Assembly: GCA_964016885.1 (NCBI GenBank)
Contig: OZ024740.1
Coordinates: forward strand, 116,870,001-116,934,000
Reading direction: 5' to 3'
Length of the DNA: 64,000 bases
Source of the DNA: Eledone cirrhosa
Lineage: Eukaryota
A program made the position numbers and the translations under genes. Each line of letters opens with the position of its first letter. Position 1 is the first letter of the stretch. Under the pieces are notes generated by a model, which saw only the letters and a program-made list of their open reading frames with translations, was not told where the DNA came from and searched no databases. Below are positions 1 to 13,905 of the stretch, in pieces.

Positions 1-577
1 GCTGTGGCTACACAATCTGTTGTTTAGACATGTTTCTAGGACTACATTATATATACTATCGGGTGCAGACCTGGATGAATGATAAGAAGTTCGTTCCGCA
101 ATCACGATGTTCCGGGTTCGATCACGTTCTGCTTCGCTGAGTTGACCAGGATTAACAAGAACAAAAATAATCTTTTTTTCTTTATTTTTATCCTCCCCAT
201 CTTCCTTTTCCGGAGGAAATAATAATTTCTTACTCAAAGAGATTTTAAACGATGAGAATATGTGACGTTCATGCCTTTTCTAAGTACATTGACGCTGTAA
301 TGTGAAATGAAATATCTGCAACCGTGAATCGAAAATGATGTGATGGAACCGGTAAAACAGCGACATCTAATTTACATTTCAAATTCAAATGCTACTAAGG
401 CTGACTTCGTTTTTTATTTTCCCCACAGAATTAATAAAATACTAGACCACCCGTGACCCGTTGGGTCATTTCACTTAAACATATTTAAAAAAAAAATCAT
501 GTTCACTTAAAAATAATTTTTAAATAATTAAAATATACACAGACATGTATATAATGTAAAATGCAATTGGAATGTCC

Positions 578-665
<88 letters not shown>

Positions 666-754
666 GTATGTATATATATATGGTGGTGGGGGGCTCAATC
701 ACCAAACTTTAGTTAGATACAGTAATGCTGTATTCGGTTCTTTGAATAAAGAGC

Positions 755-1260
755 GTCAGAGAATTTGTTGTTTTAGTGAGAGAGAGGGTATTGTGAGAGA
801 GAATGAGGTATGTATTGGAATATAGAGAGCGGGAGAGAATTTGTTGGTTTAGTGAGATAGAGGAAATTAAGAAAGTGAAAGAAAGTGAGGTATGTAGTGG
901 AATATAGAGAGGGGGAGAGAATGTGTTGCTTTAGTGAGAGAGAGGGAATTGTGAGAGAGAGTGAGGTATGTAGCGTGATATATAGAGTGGTAGTGAAATT
1001 GGTAGACTAGTGAGACAGGGGTGGGGGGGGCGTTAAGAGAGTGAGAGAGAGTGAGTTATTTAAGAGAGGGGGAGAGTGAGAGGGAGAGTGAGGTATGTAG
1101 TGGGATATAGAGAGCGGAAGAGAATTTGTTGGTTTAGTGAGAGAGGGTGAATTAAGAAAGTGAAAGAGAGTGAGATATGTAGTGGAATATAGAGAGGGAG
1201 AGAGTGTGTTGGTTGAATGAGAGAGGGTAAATTAAGAGAGTGAGAGAGAGTGAGGTATTT
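755..1260. repeat. GA-rich minisatellite, ~75-bp unit, about 6 degenerate copies
   Basis: Recurring agaatttgttggtttagtgagagagagg...gtgaggtatgtagtggaatatagagag. Confidence 0.85.
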
Positions 1261-1775
1261 CACGAGTTGGTTGTTCCGTTGATAAGTATCAACTGGAACA
1301 CTCGTCGCCGTAACCGACGGAGTGACTTGTGATTTTTGGTTATCGCGTTGAGCTCTACTGAGGAACGACTCCAACCGTGACTATTCCCACTGAAAAGTTT
1401 CGTGAAATAGTCTTTTTAAGACTATATAGAGCATTTGTAGTTTTTCCAAATTGAACTTTATGTTATTCTGAGTTAAGACTCTATTGGTTTTTTCCCTGGA
1501 TTTCACAAAATCTGTGGATAAAATCTCTGTCTTGATTTTTTTTTTAATTGAGTTTGAATTATTTTCCCATATCTTACGTTAATTATTTTCCATTTTGACG
1601 TTATAGTCACTTATATATTATGAAATGCTGTTGGCTTCTAGCTCACATTAATTTCTCTATTTTCATTTATATATATATATATATATATGTGTGTGTATGT
1701 GTGTGTGTTTATATATATGTGTATGGCTGTGTGTGTTCATATATGTGTGTGTCTGTATCTCTCTCTATATATATA

Positions 1776-1848
1776 CAGGGTGTCGAAAGAAATGTATACA
1801 CAGATTAGAATTCTGTTGAAGCGTGTATACATTTTTGGAGACACCCTG
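1776..1848. mobile_element. Tc1/mariner-type MITE
   Basis: Termini CAGGGTGTC...GACACCCTG flanked by TA; sibling copies at 32033-32120 and 60843-60941. Confidence 0.8.
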
Positions 1849-1880
1849 TATATATATATATGTGAGTGTGTATGTATATA

Positions 1881-1965
1881 AGGTTTTATCTGTATCGATC
1901 TAGCCCGACTCTGGATATATATATATATATCCAGAGTCGGGCTAGATCGATACAGATCGAACCTT
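1881..1965. repeat. Perfect palindrome centred on (TA)n
   Basis: atctgtatcgatctagcccgactctgga(ta)n tccagagtcgggctagatcgatacagat. Confidence 0.9.
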
Positions 1966-2375
1966 GAGCTGATCAATAGCAAATCGCACGTCACTATTCA
2001 ATAAACGTAATGCTGACATAACAACTCGAAAGAAGCTAGTCGCAACTGCAACTTCAAGTTGGATAAAAAACAAAAGCCAACTCGAGTGTAATTAGAAATC
2101 GTAGAAACGGATGACAACATTTCTGCAAGGTCTCTCTCGAACTCTAGTGTTTATACCAAATCTAACTAAATCTATTATTAATTTCTAACACAAGCACAAA
2201 TTCGCCTATTTTGTGGACGAGCGGAGACGATTAAATTGTCTCCATTGCTTAACTATTGAATCTATATACTACTAAAACTCTGTGATTGTGTGCTTGTCTG
2301 TAATTCAATACAGCCAAAAGAGAGGGGAGTTATGAGAACCAAATTTTACCGAAGAAATCATGTAGTTACTTGAAT

Positions 2376-2439
2376 CTTCTCAGCCATGTTACTAGTACAA
2401 TATTTTTTAAAATATTGTACTAGTAACATGGCTGAGAAG
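2376..2439. repeat. Perfect palindrome, possibly the end of a Helitron-like element starting at 2261
   Basis: cttctcagccatgttactagtacaatattt..aaatattgtactagtaacatggctgagaag; upstream A|TCTATATACTACTAAAACTCTGTG resembles the start at 33285. Confidence 0.7.
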
Positions 2440-2612
2440 TATTCTATCCATGATCATGTCTATCTTATATCTATGACTACATTAATTTGCTTTACGTGTT
2501 TATGCTTTTTCTTCATAAATAGGGTGTGATTTGAGGTGAACATATATACAAACACACACGGACAATTTTCTCTCTCCCTCTCCCTCTTTCTTTCTTTCTC
2601 TTTTTCTCTCTC

Positions 2613-2785
<173 letters not shown>

Positions 2786-4126
2786 GTGTGCGTGTGTGTG
2801 CGTGTGCGCGCGTGTGTGTGTGTGTGTGTACTGAAAATCTATCTTGCTTCTCAACATGCCAGATATAGGAATTATACACAAGGCTGAGAATATGAGAGTA
2901 GAAAAAGTTCGACAAATCTCACAAGTACAACAAATCACTGCGTTCTTTTCTTAAATTCCTAGCTATTCTCCCTACCCCACCACTTTCTTGATTCCTTTCT
3001 GTTTTTATTCAGTTCTTATATCACTTATTTTTCTTTCTTCTCGTCCATCTTGGAAGTGAAGTCAGGAGAGTGATGCCATATGGACCTTGGCGATAAGGCC
3101 GAGGAAGAGATTCTAGACAAAGAGCGATCAGCAGTGGAGCAAGTGAAGATGACAGCTTGATGTGAAAATGATATTGAGGGACAGAGGAAGTTTAGTGCAG
3201 AGAAGCGTTTCGAAAAAAACTTTTCTGCATTGATGTTGCAGCGTCCTACTGTGTGTACAAAGGAATGCATATTTATTTCTAAAAGGACATCGCCAAATAC
3301 TGACATTTAAAAAAAAAGATTAATATTTTGTCCTACATCTAAGATCCTCCAAAATGTTTTTCACATCAACTTCAAAGTAAATATATATATATATAAATAA
3401 ATGATGCCAATTTCTGGTTAGGGTTTATATATTTGCTGTGGGATCTATGATGAAATGAAATATACAATCTGTAAGGTGTTTTTATGAATTTTTTTGTTTG
3501 AATGAATATACAATATCTGTCGTCTTTTCCTTATTAATTTTCTTTTAATGATTTTTCTCTCATTTTATCTTTACTATTTTATCACTTTCTTTGTTGAAAG
3601 TGAATAGATTCCTCAATTCTAGACCGAAGAAAGTTTCAAGAGAAATATGTAAAGCAGCGTCAGTTTAAGTGTTGTACATTACAAATTAAATCAACTAGCA
3701 GGAATATGATCCGTTACTAATTCTGAAATATTAGAGTTTAAATTTTAAGTAAATCATATTTCTTTATTTAAATTATTTATTTTTCAAATATACACAGAAA
3801 AACAGACCTCAAACCCTCAGTTGAACAACATATCTCAGTTACGCCCCAGGGATAAGATAGCAAGATACGGTGTCAACCAAGTACTTGGGTTAAGCTAATT
3901 TATCATACACTCCTAATTTACTATACATTCCTAAAAAATGTGTAGCTTTTGACTATATTAAAAAAAAAAAAATTATTAGTTTCTGAAATTGATAACAAAA
4001 GAAACACAGTTTAGTTGTGATGGGAATTCTTGTGGATACAAATAATGGTGCTGAGATTGTCAGGAAACAATAATTTTGTATATACATTATTACAGTTGTA
4101 ATAACGGTCTATGTAAAGACATTATT

Positions 4127-4272
4127 ACAGTTAGAGTTACGGCCCTTGCCATTCTGAGTTCAAATCCCGCCGAGGTTAACTTTGCCTTTCATCCTTACGG
4201 GGCCGATAAAATAAAGTACCAGTAATACACTGCACAATTGCTGGCTTTGTGCCAAAAGTAGAAACAATTATT
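4127..4272 (+). mobile_element. tRNA-derived SINE family A, 5'-truncated
   Basis: B-box gagttcaaatccc, body gcctttcatccttacggg.ccgataaaataaagtaccag; TSD attattacagtt. Confidence 0.85.
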
Positions 4273-5059
4273 ACAGTTGTATTAACGGTCTATATTTTCT
4301 GAGAGAAATATTAATAAAATGATGGAATAAAGTGCTGAAATTCCAGTGCTAAAATTACATCATTTGTTTCAGCTCTTTTTGCTCAGAGGTTAATTTTGAA
4401 TTGCATCCTTCCGACGTCAATGAAATAAAGTAACCAGTTAAGTACTGGGTTCAATATAATTGAATTTCTCCGTCCTCTCAATTGTTGGACTTGTGTTAAT
4501 GTTAGAAAGAATTATTAATAGCATTTCCCCAACAATGCTATTACTATAACCAACACATACATCACTACCTGCCCCAGCGGCGGCATCATCCCCACCTCCG
4601 TCATTACCACCATCATCATTATCACTAGCAGCAGCACAGACTGCCACCACCACTTCTGTCATCACCTTTATTTATAATGTGTTTAGAAATAGATTCATAA
4701 AGTCTACGGAAAACAATTTATACCTTCAAACTTAGCCGAATTCGTAGAAAGTGCAAGAACCTTTTCCAAAAAAGATGAAGAATGAAGAGGAAAAATAGAA
4801 AGAAAAGTAGAACTGCCGCAAAAGCAACAACAACATCATCTATTGTCAGTAGACCTTGAAATTAAGTTAGTATACTTTAAAATAGTCATTTTTCTTGTTT
4901 TTCTTTTTATTTCAGACATCATGACCCCGTTTTTTGCTTCATATAATTTTCTCTTAGCCTTAATTTCTTCGGTTTTGTTATAAGATACGAGGAGGGTATG
5001 GAAATGCCCTTAGAATTCACGTGCTTAAACGAAAATATAAATAAATATTACGTATACAG

Positions 5060-5215
5060 ACGCTGACATAGCTGTGTGGCTAAGTAGTTCATTTTGCAAT
5101 CACCTGGTCCCTGGTTCTATTACAGAACTTGAAATGTACCTTGCTGTATAGCTTTGGTGTGATCTACATCTTGTGAGTGGAATTTGTTAGCCCAAAACTA
5201 GAAAAATCTGTCTTG
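5060..5215 (+). mobile_element. tRNA-derived SINE family C, degenerate (also 60-150 +, 13595-13735 -, 63780-63915 -)
   Basis: gctgtgtggctaagtagttc...cttgtgagtggaatttg body shared among the copies. Confidence 0.6.
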
Positions 5216-6134
5216 TGTGTGAGTACCCCTGTTCCTGCCCGATCTGTGTTTGTATTTATATACCAGTTAAAAATCCGTTGTTTATGTTAGGTCTCTTTAT
5301 GTACCGAAACTTAGCTGCTCCACAAATATAGATTAATAAAACAAGTATCAGATTTAAGTAAGTACTAGAAAATTCCACGTTTTATACATTTTTTTATTCT
5401 TATTTGATGCAAACATTTTTAGATATTCATAACATCATTTCATTGTCTTCGATTTATTTCCAAAGTATTTAAAAAAAATATTATTTAGATAGGGAAAGAA
5501 GGGCAGCGCCCATAACCCTTTTAATGGCCTCCATGACTTTCAAGATGTAAGGATGGTTGAAGGTAACCGAAAATCTGGCTAGAACGCTTGCAAGAATGTG
5601 GATTCCGTAATAGAGATCCACGGACCCGGTGGTGGTATTAAACTGGATGTCGAATTAGTCTACCACCCATGGCTAGGTAAACGGTTTAAAATGTAACGCT
5701 CGAAAGCATATATGAAGGCAGGTGAAAAGAGGCAGAACGATATTATACTTACTTCTGTGACATGTTTAACACCCTAAGACTGTCTCGTCTTTTGTTAATT
5801 ACAACTGTAGATTAAATTCAAATTCCATGTTTTAATTAGAAATTGAATTACTATCATGTCATTGTTTTCTTTTTTGGTAAACAACATTATCGGCATCAGC
5901 ACAACTAATTCACCGAGATCATCTTTACAAACAACTACATGGCAAATTTAAATTAATTTGACGCATTTTAAAAGAAAGCTTTAAAAGCATATGCACTAGA
6001 CATTTGAAAGAGAACTAATTTTAAAAATGAATATAGATACGATTTGTACAAGGAATATATCTGCATGTATGATATCTAACTTGCATTGTACTGACTTTCG
6101 AAACATCAATTCTAATAATAAAAGTAAACTAATG

Positions 6135-6575
6135 ATTTCTGATTTAGGTACAAGCCCGGAAATTTGTGGGGCAGGGAAATTCGATTATTTCACCTTTGCT
6201 GGTATTTTATTGACCTCAGAGGGATCAAAGGCAAAGTTGATTTCGCGAAAATTTGAACTCAAACTGAACTGACTCGGAGGCAATGATACAATGCCACAGG
6301 GCATTTTGTCAGATCGAACGATTCTGTCTGTCCACCGCTCTCTACTAAAAGTAAAATAATGGTTCCATATCTAGACAAAAGGCCAACAATTTTGGGGGAG
6401 GGGAAATCGATTAATCAACCCCAGTGCGTCACAGGTACTTTAGTGTATAGAGCCCGTAAGGATGAAAGGCAAAACTAGCTTCGGCGGGATTTGAAATCAG
6501 AATGTAAAGGGCCGTAACTATATGGTGTAAAAGCATGTTGTCCGACGCTCTACCTATTCTGCCAATCAACCGCCC
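6135..6575 (-). mobile_element. Two tandem SINE family A copies
   Basis: Reverse-complement family A bodies separated and flanked by repeated taaaagtaaa(a/c)taat. Confidence 0.8.
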
Positions 6576-6680
6576 TAACTAAAAGTAAAATAATGGTTTC
6601 TGATTTTAACGATCAGATTAGCAATGCCGGGTATAAAAGTAAACTAATAAAAGAAAGACAACATATTTTCAGTGACCTAC

Positions 6681-6856
6681 CTGGCGTTCTGTAAGGTCAA
6701 GAGCAACAGCAATCTCGTAGCGCCGAAGTCTGGTGAGGTAATTGTGGATTGCGAATTCCTTCTCCAATTCCCGTATTTGATGTTTTGTAAATGCAGTCCT
6801 TTCTTTCCTCGGCTTCGTTGATAAATCAAGCTTATACGATGAAGAGTTATGTGAAT
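6681..6856 (-). CDS. Mox: Internal exon of Mox/Meox homeobox gene (homeodomain residues 1-44)
   Basis: Translates as ..[68 protein letters not shown] and [14 protein letters not shown] are Meox-diagnostic. Acceptor ttttgttttgcag ends at 6857 (phase 1); donor gtaggt at 6680-6675 (phase 0), at the common Q44/V45 homeobox intron position. Confidence 0.95.
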
Positions 6857-7017
6857 CTGCAAAACAAAAATACAATATTTGTGTTTCACGTAATTTGAGC
6901 TGGTGTAAATTTAATATTGTTTGTTATATATCAAAACAGAAATGTTAAGCAAGCAGAGCCAGTAATATATAGAATTTACTATCTATCTATCTGTCTGTTT
7001 CTATGTATGTCTATTTG

Positions 7018-7153
<136 letters not shown>

Positions 7154-7159
7154 TATATA

Positions 7160-8106
7160 TATTAATTTTATACATAATTGTGTATGGTTGACGATATATT
7201 TAATCGATTTCCACGTGCTATTGAAATGCTGGGTAAATATTATATAGCTGTTGATCGCGAATAGATGGCTGTCGTTTATTTATCTATTGTTTCTTCATAG
7301 GTGCCTTTTAATCTTATAGCCTGGTTTAATTGTTTTTTTGTGTGGTTGATTATGCCTATTGGGGGAGGAGATGGTGTATATATCTTATCAAATGATTCTA
7401 TGTACATACTTTATTGTATATTGATCTGATTATTTAATTAATTAATTCGTCATTGAGACACATCGTGAATGGTTGCCAAAAACATATATATATATATATC
7501 TATGACTTTGTCTAGTTTATGTATATGTAAATCTTTATATTTGATAATCTCCCATAAGGTTGAGATGCAATTTAGGCAATATTAGGCTGCGCTTTCTAGC
7601 AACCAGCCCACTCACCGTAAGGCACCAATCACATTCTTTCTGAGTTGACCACTGCCACATCACAGTTCTTAGCCATTTTGAATTCGTTTCTGGCGGGGAT
7701 CATTTAAGAAAAATCTTCGTCCAAGTGAGTTTGTTTCCTGATGATTTCGAAGCTCGTGAATTTATCCTTGATCGGATATTTCCAAAAGCGAAAGAAACCT
7801 CATGGGGTAGAAACGTAATCTTGGTATGTTTATATACATTTTTTCTTCTAACTTTAATTTTATACCTAATTGTGTCTGGTTGACAATATATTTAATCGAT
7901 TTCCACGTGCTATTGAAATGGTGGGTTAATATTCTATAGCTGTTGATCGCGAATAGATGGCTGTCGTTTATTTATCTATTGTTTCTTCATAGGTGCCTTT
8001 TAATCTTATAGCCTTGTTTAATTGTTTTTTTGTGTGGTTGATTATGCTGATTGGGAGAGGAGATGGTGTATATACATCTTATCAAATGATTCTATGGACA
8101 TACTTT

Positions 8107-8112
<6 letters not shown>
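7160..8112 (+). mobile_element. HHR-containing ~692-nt unit, ~1.4 head-to-tail copies in (TA)n (retrozyme / non-autonomous PLE-like)
   Basis: 7166-7420 repeats at 7858-8110 (ccacgtg at 7211 and 7903, period 692); homologous to 61204-61935. Confidence 0.85.
7733..7814 (+). ncRNA. Type I hammerhead ribozyme
   Basis: Stem I gtttc/gaaac, core CTGATGA (7738-7744), stem II tttcg/cgaaa with a long insert, GAAA, near-palindromic stem III ACCTCATGGGGT, GUA cleavage after 7809. Confidence 0.85.
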
Positions 8113-8185
<73 letters not shown>

Positions 8186-8884
8186 TTATATATATCTGTC
8201 TATTTATGATTATATGTCAATAGAAAAATACTGAAAACATACTTCTAAGGTAAATTAAAATGAATATAGTATTGCGTATGTCAAGTCAATTGTTTTTATC
8301 TATGAAATATATATACCATTTGTTTATAAGTATGTATATATGTATGTATTGACACATACACACACAAAGTTGACCTACGGGATTTGAACTCAGAAAGCAG
8401 ATAGCCTTAACGAATGCCATAAGCATTCTATCCGACGTTCTAACGCCACATCTTTATCGCATATATCTTTGTTAAAAGACTACGAAAACATAACAAAAAG
8501 AAAACAAAAACACACACACACGTAAATTTACCATCTTCTAGTTTGTACTTATTTGCCCAATAATAAGTTCAATACAAAGCCTTTCAAAATGTTTTATATA
8601 TCGTTTTGAAAGAAATATCCTATAGTAGGTTTTATATACAAAAACACCTTATTTGTAGACTTTGCTCTTTGGGAATACTTATATTTTTCTTAATACATTG
8701 TTACATGCATCTATGTAACAGTAACAGTAACAGTAACAGTAATTTTCGTCAATTCATATTCAGTGTAACTTGAACAAACCCAACAAAACTTCGAATATAT
8801 CATCAGTCATCCGAAAGGAGTCGATAACTAGAAAACCCACACATTGAGCTGCTATTCCACTACATCTAACAGTAATATATATAT

Positions 8885-9116
8885 ATATTGTTATACTTTG
8901 GGAGGGTCATGTTGCCAATAAGAAATACACGCACCAGTTGCTTTCCCTCAAATTTATTATAAATTAAATTTATAAATTTAATTTATAATAAATTGGAGTG
9001 AAAGCAACTGGTGCGTGTGTTTCTTATTGGCAACATGACCCTCCCAAAGTATAACAATATCGGTTTCAACACACGTTTTCAGATAAAGAATCTTGCTAAA
9101 CAAATTCAGAAACGAA
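8885..9116 (+). mobile_element. Fold-back insertion in (TA)n (~85-bp arms plus unique 3' extension)
   Basis: 8885-8965 is the inverse of 8975-9060. Same family as 45526-45900, which carries an HHR; related to 24234-24568 and 43720-43790. Confidence 0.85.
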
Positions 9117-9159
9117 ATATATATATATATATATGTACACACACACACACACACACATG

Positions 9160-9456
<297 letters not shown>

Positions 9457-9919
9457 TGTGTGTGTGTATAGTTATGCACACTGAATATTTTATTATTTAA
9501 AAAATAATTCCGCTTTTCATATTTGTATTCTAATTGCGTTTATTTAAGTTTCAGTTTGCGTGTTGCTTAAAATGTTGCTGAAGTTTTAAAAATTACAGGA
9601 CAAGAATTTCTCACAGGAAGAATTCAGAAATGGACAAAACTGTCAAATAAACCATAAATCATTTTAATGTAACTCAGTCATTAGATCAGAGTGCAGCAGT
9701 AATATTCTGGACGAAAATGTTCATGAGGCCTTCCCACATAGTAAAGTGAACAAGAGAATGTTATAATTTTTACAAAATTTTCTCGCTTTTCTTTTACCCT
9801 GGGAATCATTGAAGGAGAAAACATTATTATTCATCTGCTAAGTCGGTGAACACAAACACAAATATATTTGAAAATAACTCATTAAAAATGCTATAATAAA
9901 GTAGAAGTCAGACATACCA

Positions 9920-10305
9920 ACCTCTAAAAACCCAAACGGAGATTACTATGAACAAAAATTACTCCCAAACGGGGAGAAATGAGGCAAAAGAGATATATTT
10001 TACATAATTGTTTCTACTTTTGGCACAAGGCCAGCAATTAACCAGTGCATTACTGGTACTTTATTTTATCGACCCTGTAAGGATGAAAAGTAAAGTCAAC
10101 CTCGGCGGGATTTGAACTCAGATCATAAAGGAACGTAACTCTATGTTTCAAAGCATGGTGTCCGACTCTCTACCGATACTGCCAATCCACCGCCCTAAAT
10201 ATATTTTACATAATGAAAGCTATACCCATTTTCACAAGAGAAGACATCTCTCACCCACCCCAAAGTGGGTGGGAGAATTCCTGTCGGACGGGAAGAGTTG
10301 ACAGG
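9920..10305. repeat. Dispersed repeat interrupted by a family A SINE (10006-10195, minus); uninterrupted inverse copy at 40160-40335
   Basis: cctctaaaaacccaaacgg and ttttcacaagagaagacatctctcacccaccccaaagtgg match the reverse complement at 40160-40335; SINE TSD atattttacataat. Confidence 0.8.
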
Positions 10306-11277
10306 TTGGAGAAGTATATCGAAGCTTGCAAATCTCATATTAAACACAACTATAGCTTAACACAAGCAGAATATTTGCACAACGATAGGACATGTTTGAA
10401 TATATAAATTTGCATTTATATATAAAAAAAAAAAGTTTATTTTGTGATGAACGCAATACAACATACATAAAAGTCAAAAGAGCTGAATTTGCTCTGAACT
10501 TCAATTTTTGATTGTAGATATTTCTTTCCAGCCACGTCTTTAGAAAGTTTTAGAACACCTTTACCCAACTCTAATTTCCCTTTTTATATACTTGTTTGCT
10601 TATATTTCTAATTATTTGTTTTACTTAACTTAGTCAGACAGGGAAGGATATCATCCATAACGATATCCGCGACCTCTAGGTTTGCTGGGAAGTAGTGTAG
10701 AAGTTATCCTCAGATCGGAGACTTAGTCGTAATGCTTGTAATAGAGTGTACCGTACCTCGTTTGAGAAATCGAAGAGTCAGGGTCTGGTATTAAACTGGC
10801 TGACGGTTTAAGTCAACCTATAACAAAATATATTCTTCTTCCTATTCTCTAACCATCCATTCTCTTTCGTCCACATCATACATTCTCTCATTTCTTTCTT
10901 ATATTTTGTGTACTACTCTTGAACTAATAATGATTTAGTTTGACTAAATACAAGATCAATTGGACATACTTCAATATATGGTTGGCATTTATCATATAGA
11001 CCGATGTTGTTATTGATTAGATCCAGGTCAGCCTTGGTTGAGTAGTACTATGATCAAATGTATTCCAACCACGGATATCCCGTCACATTTTTAGACACAG
11101 TTACCTCAGGAACAGATTATTAAATGTGTTCTTTTTTAAACTGCTAGAATGTAATACGAGAAAGAGATGATTGTTATTTCTTGCGACCAAAAAATATGTG
11201 CCATAAAATAAATGTAAAACAAGTAATGTATGGAAAAAGACCGCAGCATATCTAAACCTATACCATCTACGTCATGA

Positions 11278-11572
11278 AGGCTTATGGCTTAGTGGTTAGG
11301 TTATTCAGTTCATGATCATTAGGACGTAAGTTCGACGCCGGACCGGGCAATGTGTTGTGACCTTAAGTAAGACATTTTATTTCACGTTACTCCGGTCCAC
11401 ACAACTGGCAAAATTTAGTTGTATCTGTAATTCATTCGGCCAGTATTGTCACGCATTTTGTTACGCCATATCGAACTATAATTTGAGTGCACGTGTCTGT
11501 TCAATGCTCAGCCACTTATATGTTAATTTCAGGCAGTTCCGTTGATTGAATTAACTAGGAAATGACGGAAGT
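11278..11572 (+). mobile_element. tRNA-derived SINE family B (also 14125-14330 -, 15350-15655 -, 37700-37930 -, 53815-54040 +, 58583-58860 +, 59690-59960 +)
   Basis: A-box tggcttagtgg, B-box gttcga, central ttgtg..cttgagcaa.acac...tttcacgtt.ctcc block shared among copies. Confidence 0.75.
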
Positions 11573-12180
11573 CAAACAATATCATCTGCGTCAACTGTTA
11601 GAGTCTTTACCCCTTCTTAACTAACAATAAATTTTCGTTTAAAAAGAGTTGTTTTTTTTTTTTAATGCAAAGGAAAGCAAGTTTCAAAAGTTTTCTGACT
11701 GTCTCAATCGCTGTTTGTCTTTCTATGAGTTGATTTAGTGAAGTTATAATTGTGGAAAACGTTGCCAGAGTAAATAAATGAAACATTAAGAAAGCTAAAT
11801 AAATATATAGTTATAAGTTTAAAAACCCTCACACGAACAAACAGTTAACAAACAACAACAAACATTGGCAGACAAAACAAAGTAAATTTAGAGGTGGAGA
11901 ATTGATTCACCATTTGTATTTTCATTTTATTTCATCGACAGATGATGTAGATTAAGACAAAATAAACTTATATTTCTCTCCCTATATCTTTATTTAACTA
12001 TTGCATAAGATTTAAACACCTGCGTTTGTATAAGGCTGCCAATTTTTTTAATGGCGTTTATTTAACGCATCTCGCATGTGGTCTTGGCATGTCAGATTTT
12101 GGAGACCACCGAAGTATACACAGTCTGACCGGAGCGAATATCTAGAGAGGGAGGGCGAAATGTATATGAGTACATATGGA

Positions 12181-12247
<67 letters not shown>

Positions 12248-12311
12248 CATACATAGATAGATAAATATATATATATATATATACATATGTATGTATATAT
12301 ATATATATATA

Positions 12312-12415
<104 letters not shown>

Positions 12416-12436
12416 CATATGTATATATATATATAT

Positions 12437-12487
<51 letters not shown>

Positions 12488-12656
12488 CATACATATATAT
12501 ATATATATTTATACGTATAAGTATCATTATCATCATCTGTAACCGCCAACACTTGGCACTTCTGAGGTCTATGGAGAACTTTAATTCTGACATCGCAGAT
12601 ATTGTGATTACTCCCCTACGACCCTTTAACGATTTTGCCAGTTCTTGTTTCTCATG

Positions 12657-12724
<68 letters not shown>

Positions 12725-13798
12725 ATATGTTTGTATATATATAGATATATATAAAGAAAGAGAAAGATATATATATATGTAGATGTGAAAACGTAAGGCT
12801 TGTGGGATGAGGTTGTGGACTAGAATATGCTGGAGAGGAGGAGAAAGAAGGATTGATTAAATATTTGTTTGGTTGCTGATTACTTGCAGAGCTTATCCAA
12901 ATGTTTGTTGACATCATGAAGCGAAATTCACTGACTGTTTATGAATGTTAGCTAATGCAATCTGTATGTGTTTGTATTTAATGTATGAGGATATAAGCAT
13001 AGCTTTGGATTGATACAAAGCCCATCTGTGGAATATTAGTTGTAGTTCTGTAAATGTTTTCGCTCCTGTAGATTTACATCCATAGACAGGGAATTGCGAA
13101 ATTCACTTGAACGTCAGATAGAATGCTTTGTAGCACTCGTTCCATCTCTCTGTACTCTGAGTTCCAATCTTGTCTAGGACAAATTTACTTTTTATCCTTA
13201 CCAAATTTACCTTTCATCGATGGCTATAGTATTAGTCCAGTACTTGGGTCAATTGTTTCTCTATTTCTCTTTTATACTTTCGCTCGCGTTCTCTCTATAA
13301 GATCAGGAGAAGAGTGTTCTATGCCATACTTAATGCACAAGACACGAAGTATATCGCAACGGCGTATCTATGATTGGATAGGTGGATGATACATTCGAAT
13401 ATGAAAACTGGAAGAACTGAAGGTGCATGTGTATACACATACCATAGTATATCATCCGTCGGTTTCGACGACAAGAATTCTGCACGCGAGTTAACGTGTA
13501 AGTAGATGAATATTTCATAGACACGTGTACGCTTAACGTAAGTTCCAAGCCGAATAGACGTGACACAGTATGTTAATTACATATACAATCAACTAGTTTC
13601 CGTCTACCCAGTTCCACTCACCAGAGTTCAGTCGACTCGAGGCTATGGTAAAGAAACTTACCCAAAATGATATTCAGTGGGATCAAACTCAGAATCTTAT
13701 GATTACGTAGCGTACATCTTAACCACTCAGCAATGCCTGTGTTCACAGATGTTAAAATGTTTATGGTTGTATATGTTTTCAGTTAGTCTAAGAGTGTT

Positions 13799-13905
<107 letters not shown>

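Noticed and set aside
2334-2357. Minus-strand KIWF resembling the missing homeobox helix-3 exon
   Set aside because: Followed by Ser-stop rather than QNRR, with no suitable acceptor or phase.
3025-3306. 93-aa ORF as a possible Mox last exon or transposase remnant
   Set aside because: No VKVWFQNRR and no recognisable motif in any frame.
8786-8815. Minus-strand CTGATGA..GAAG
   Set aside because: No GAAA, stem II or stem III.
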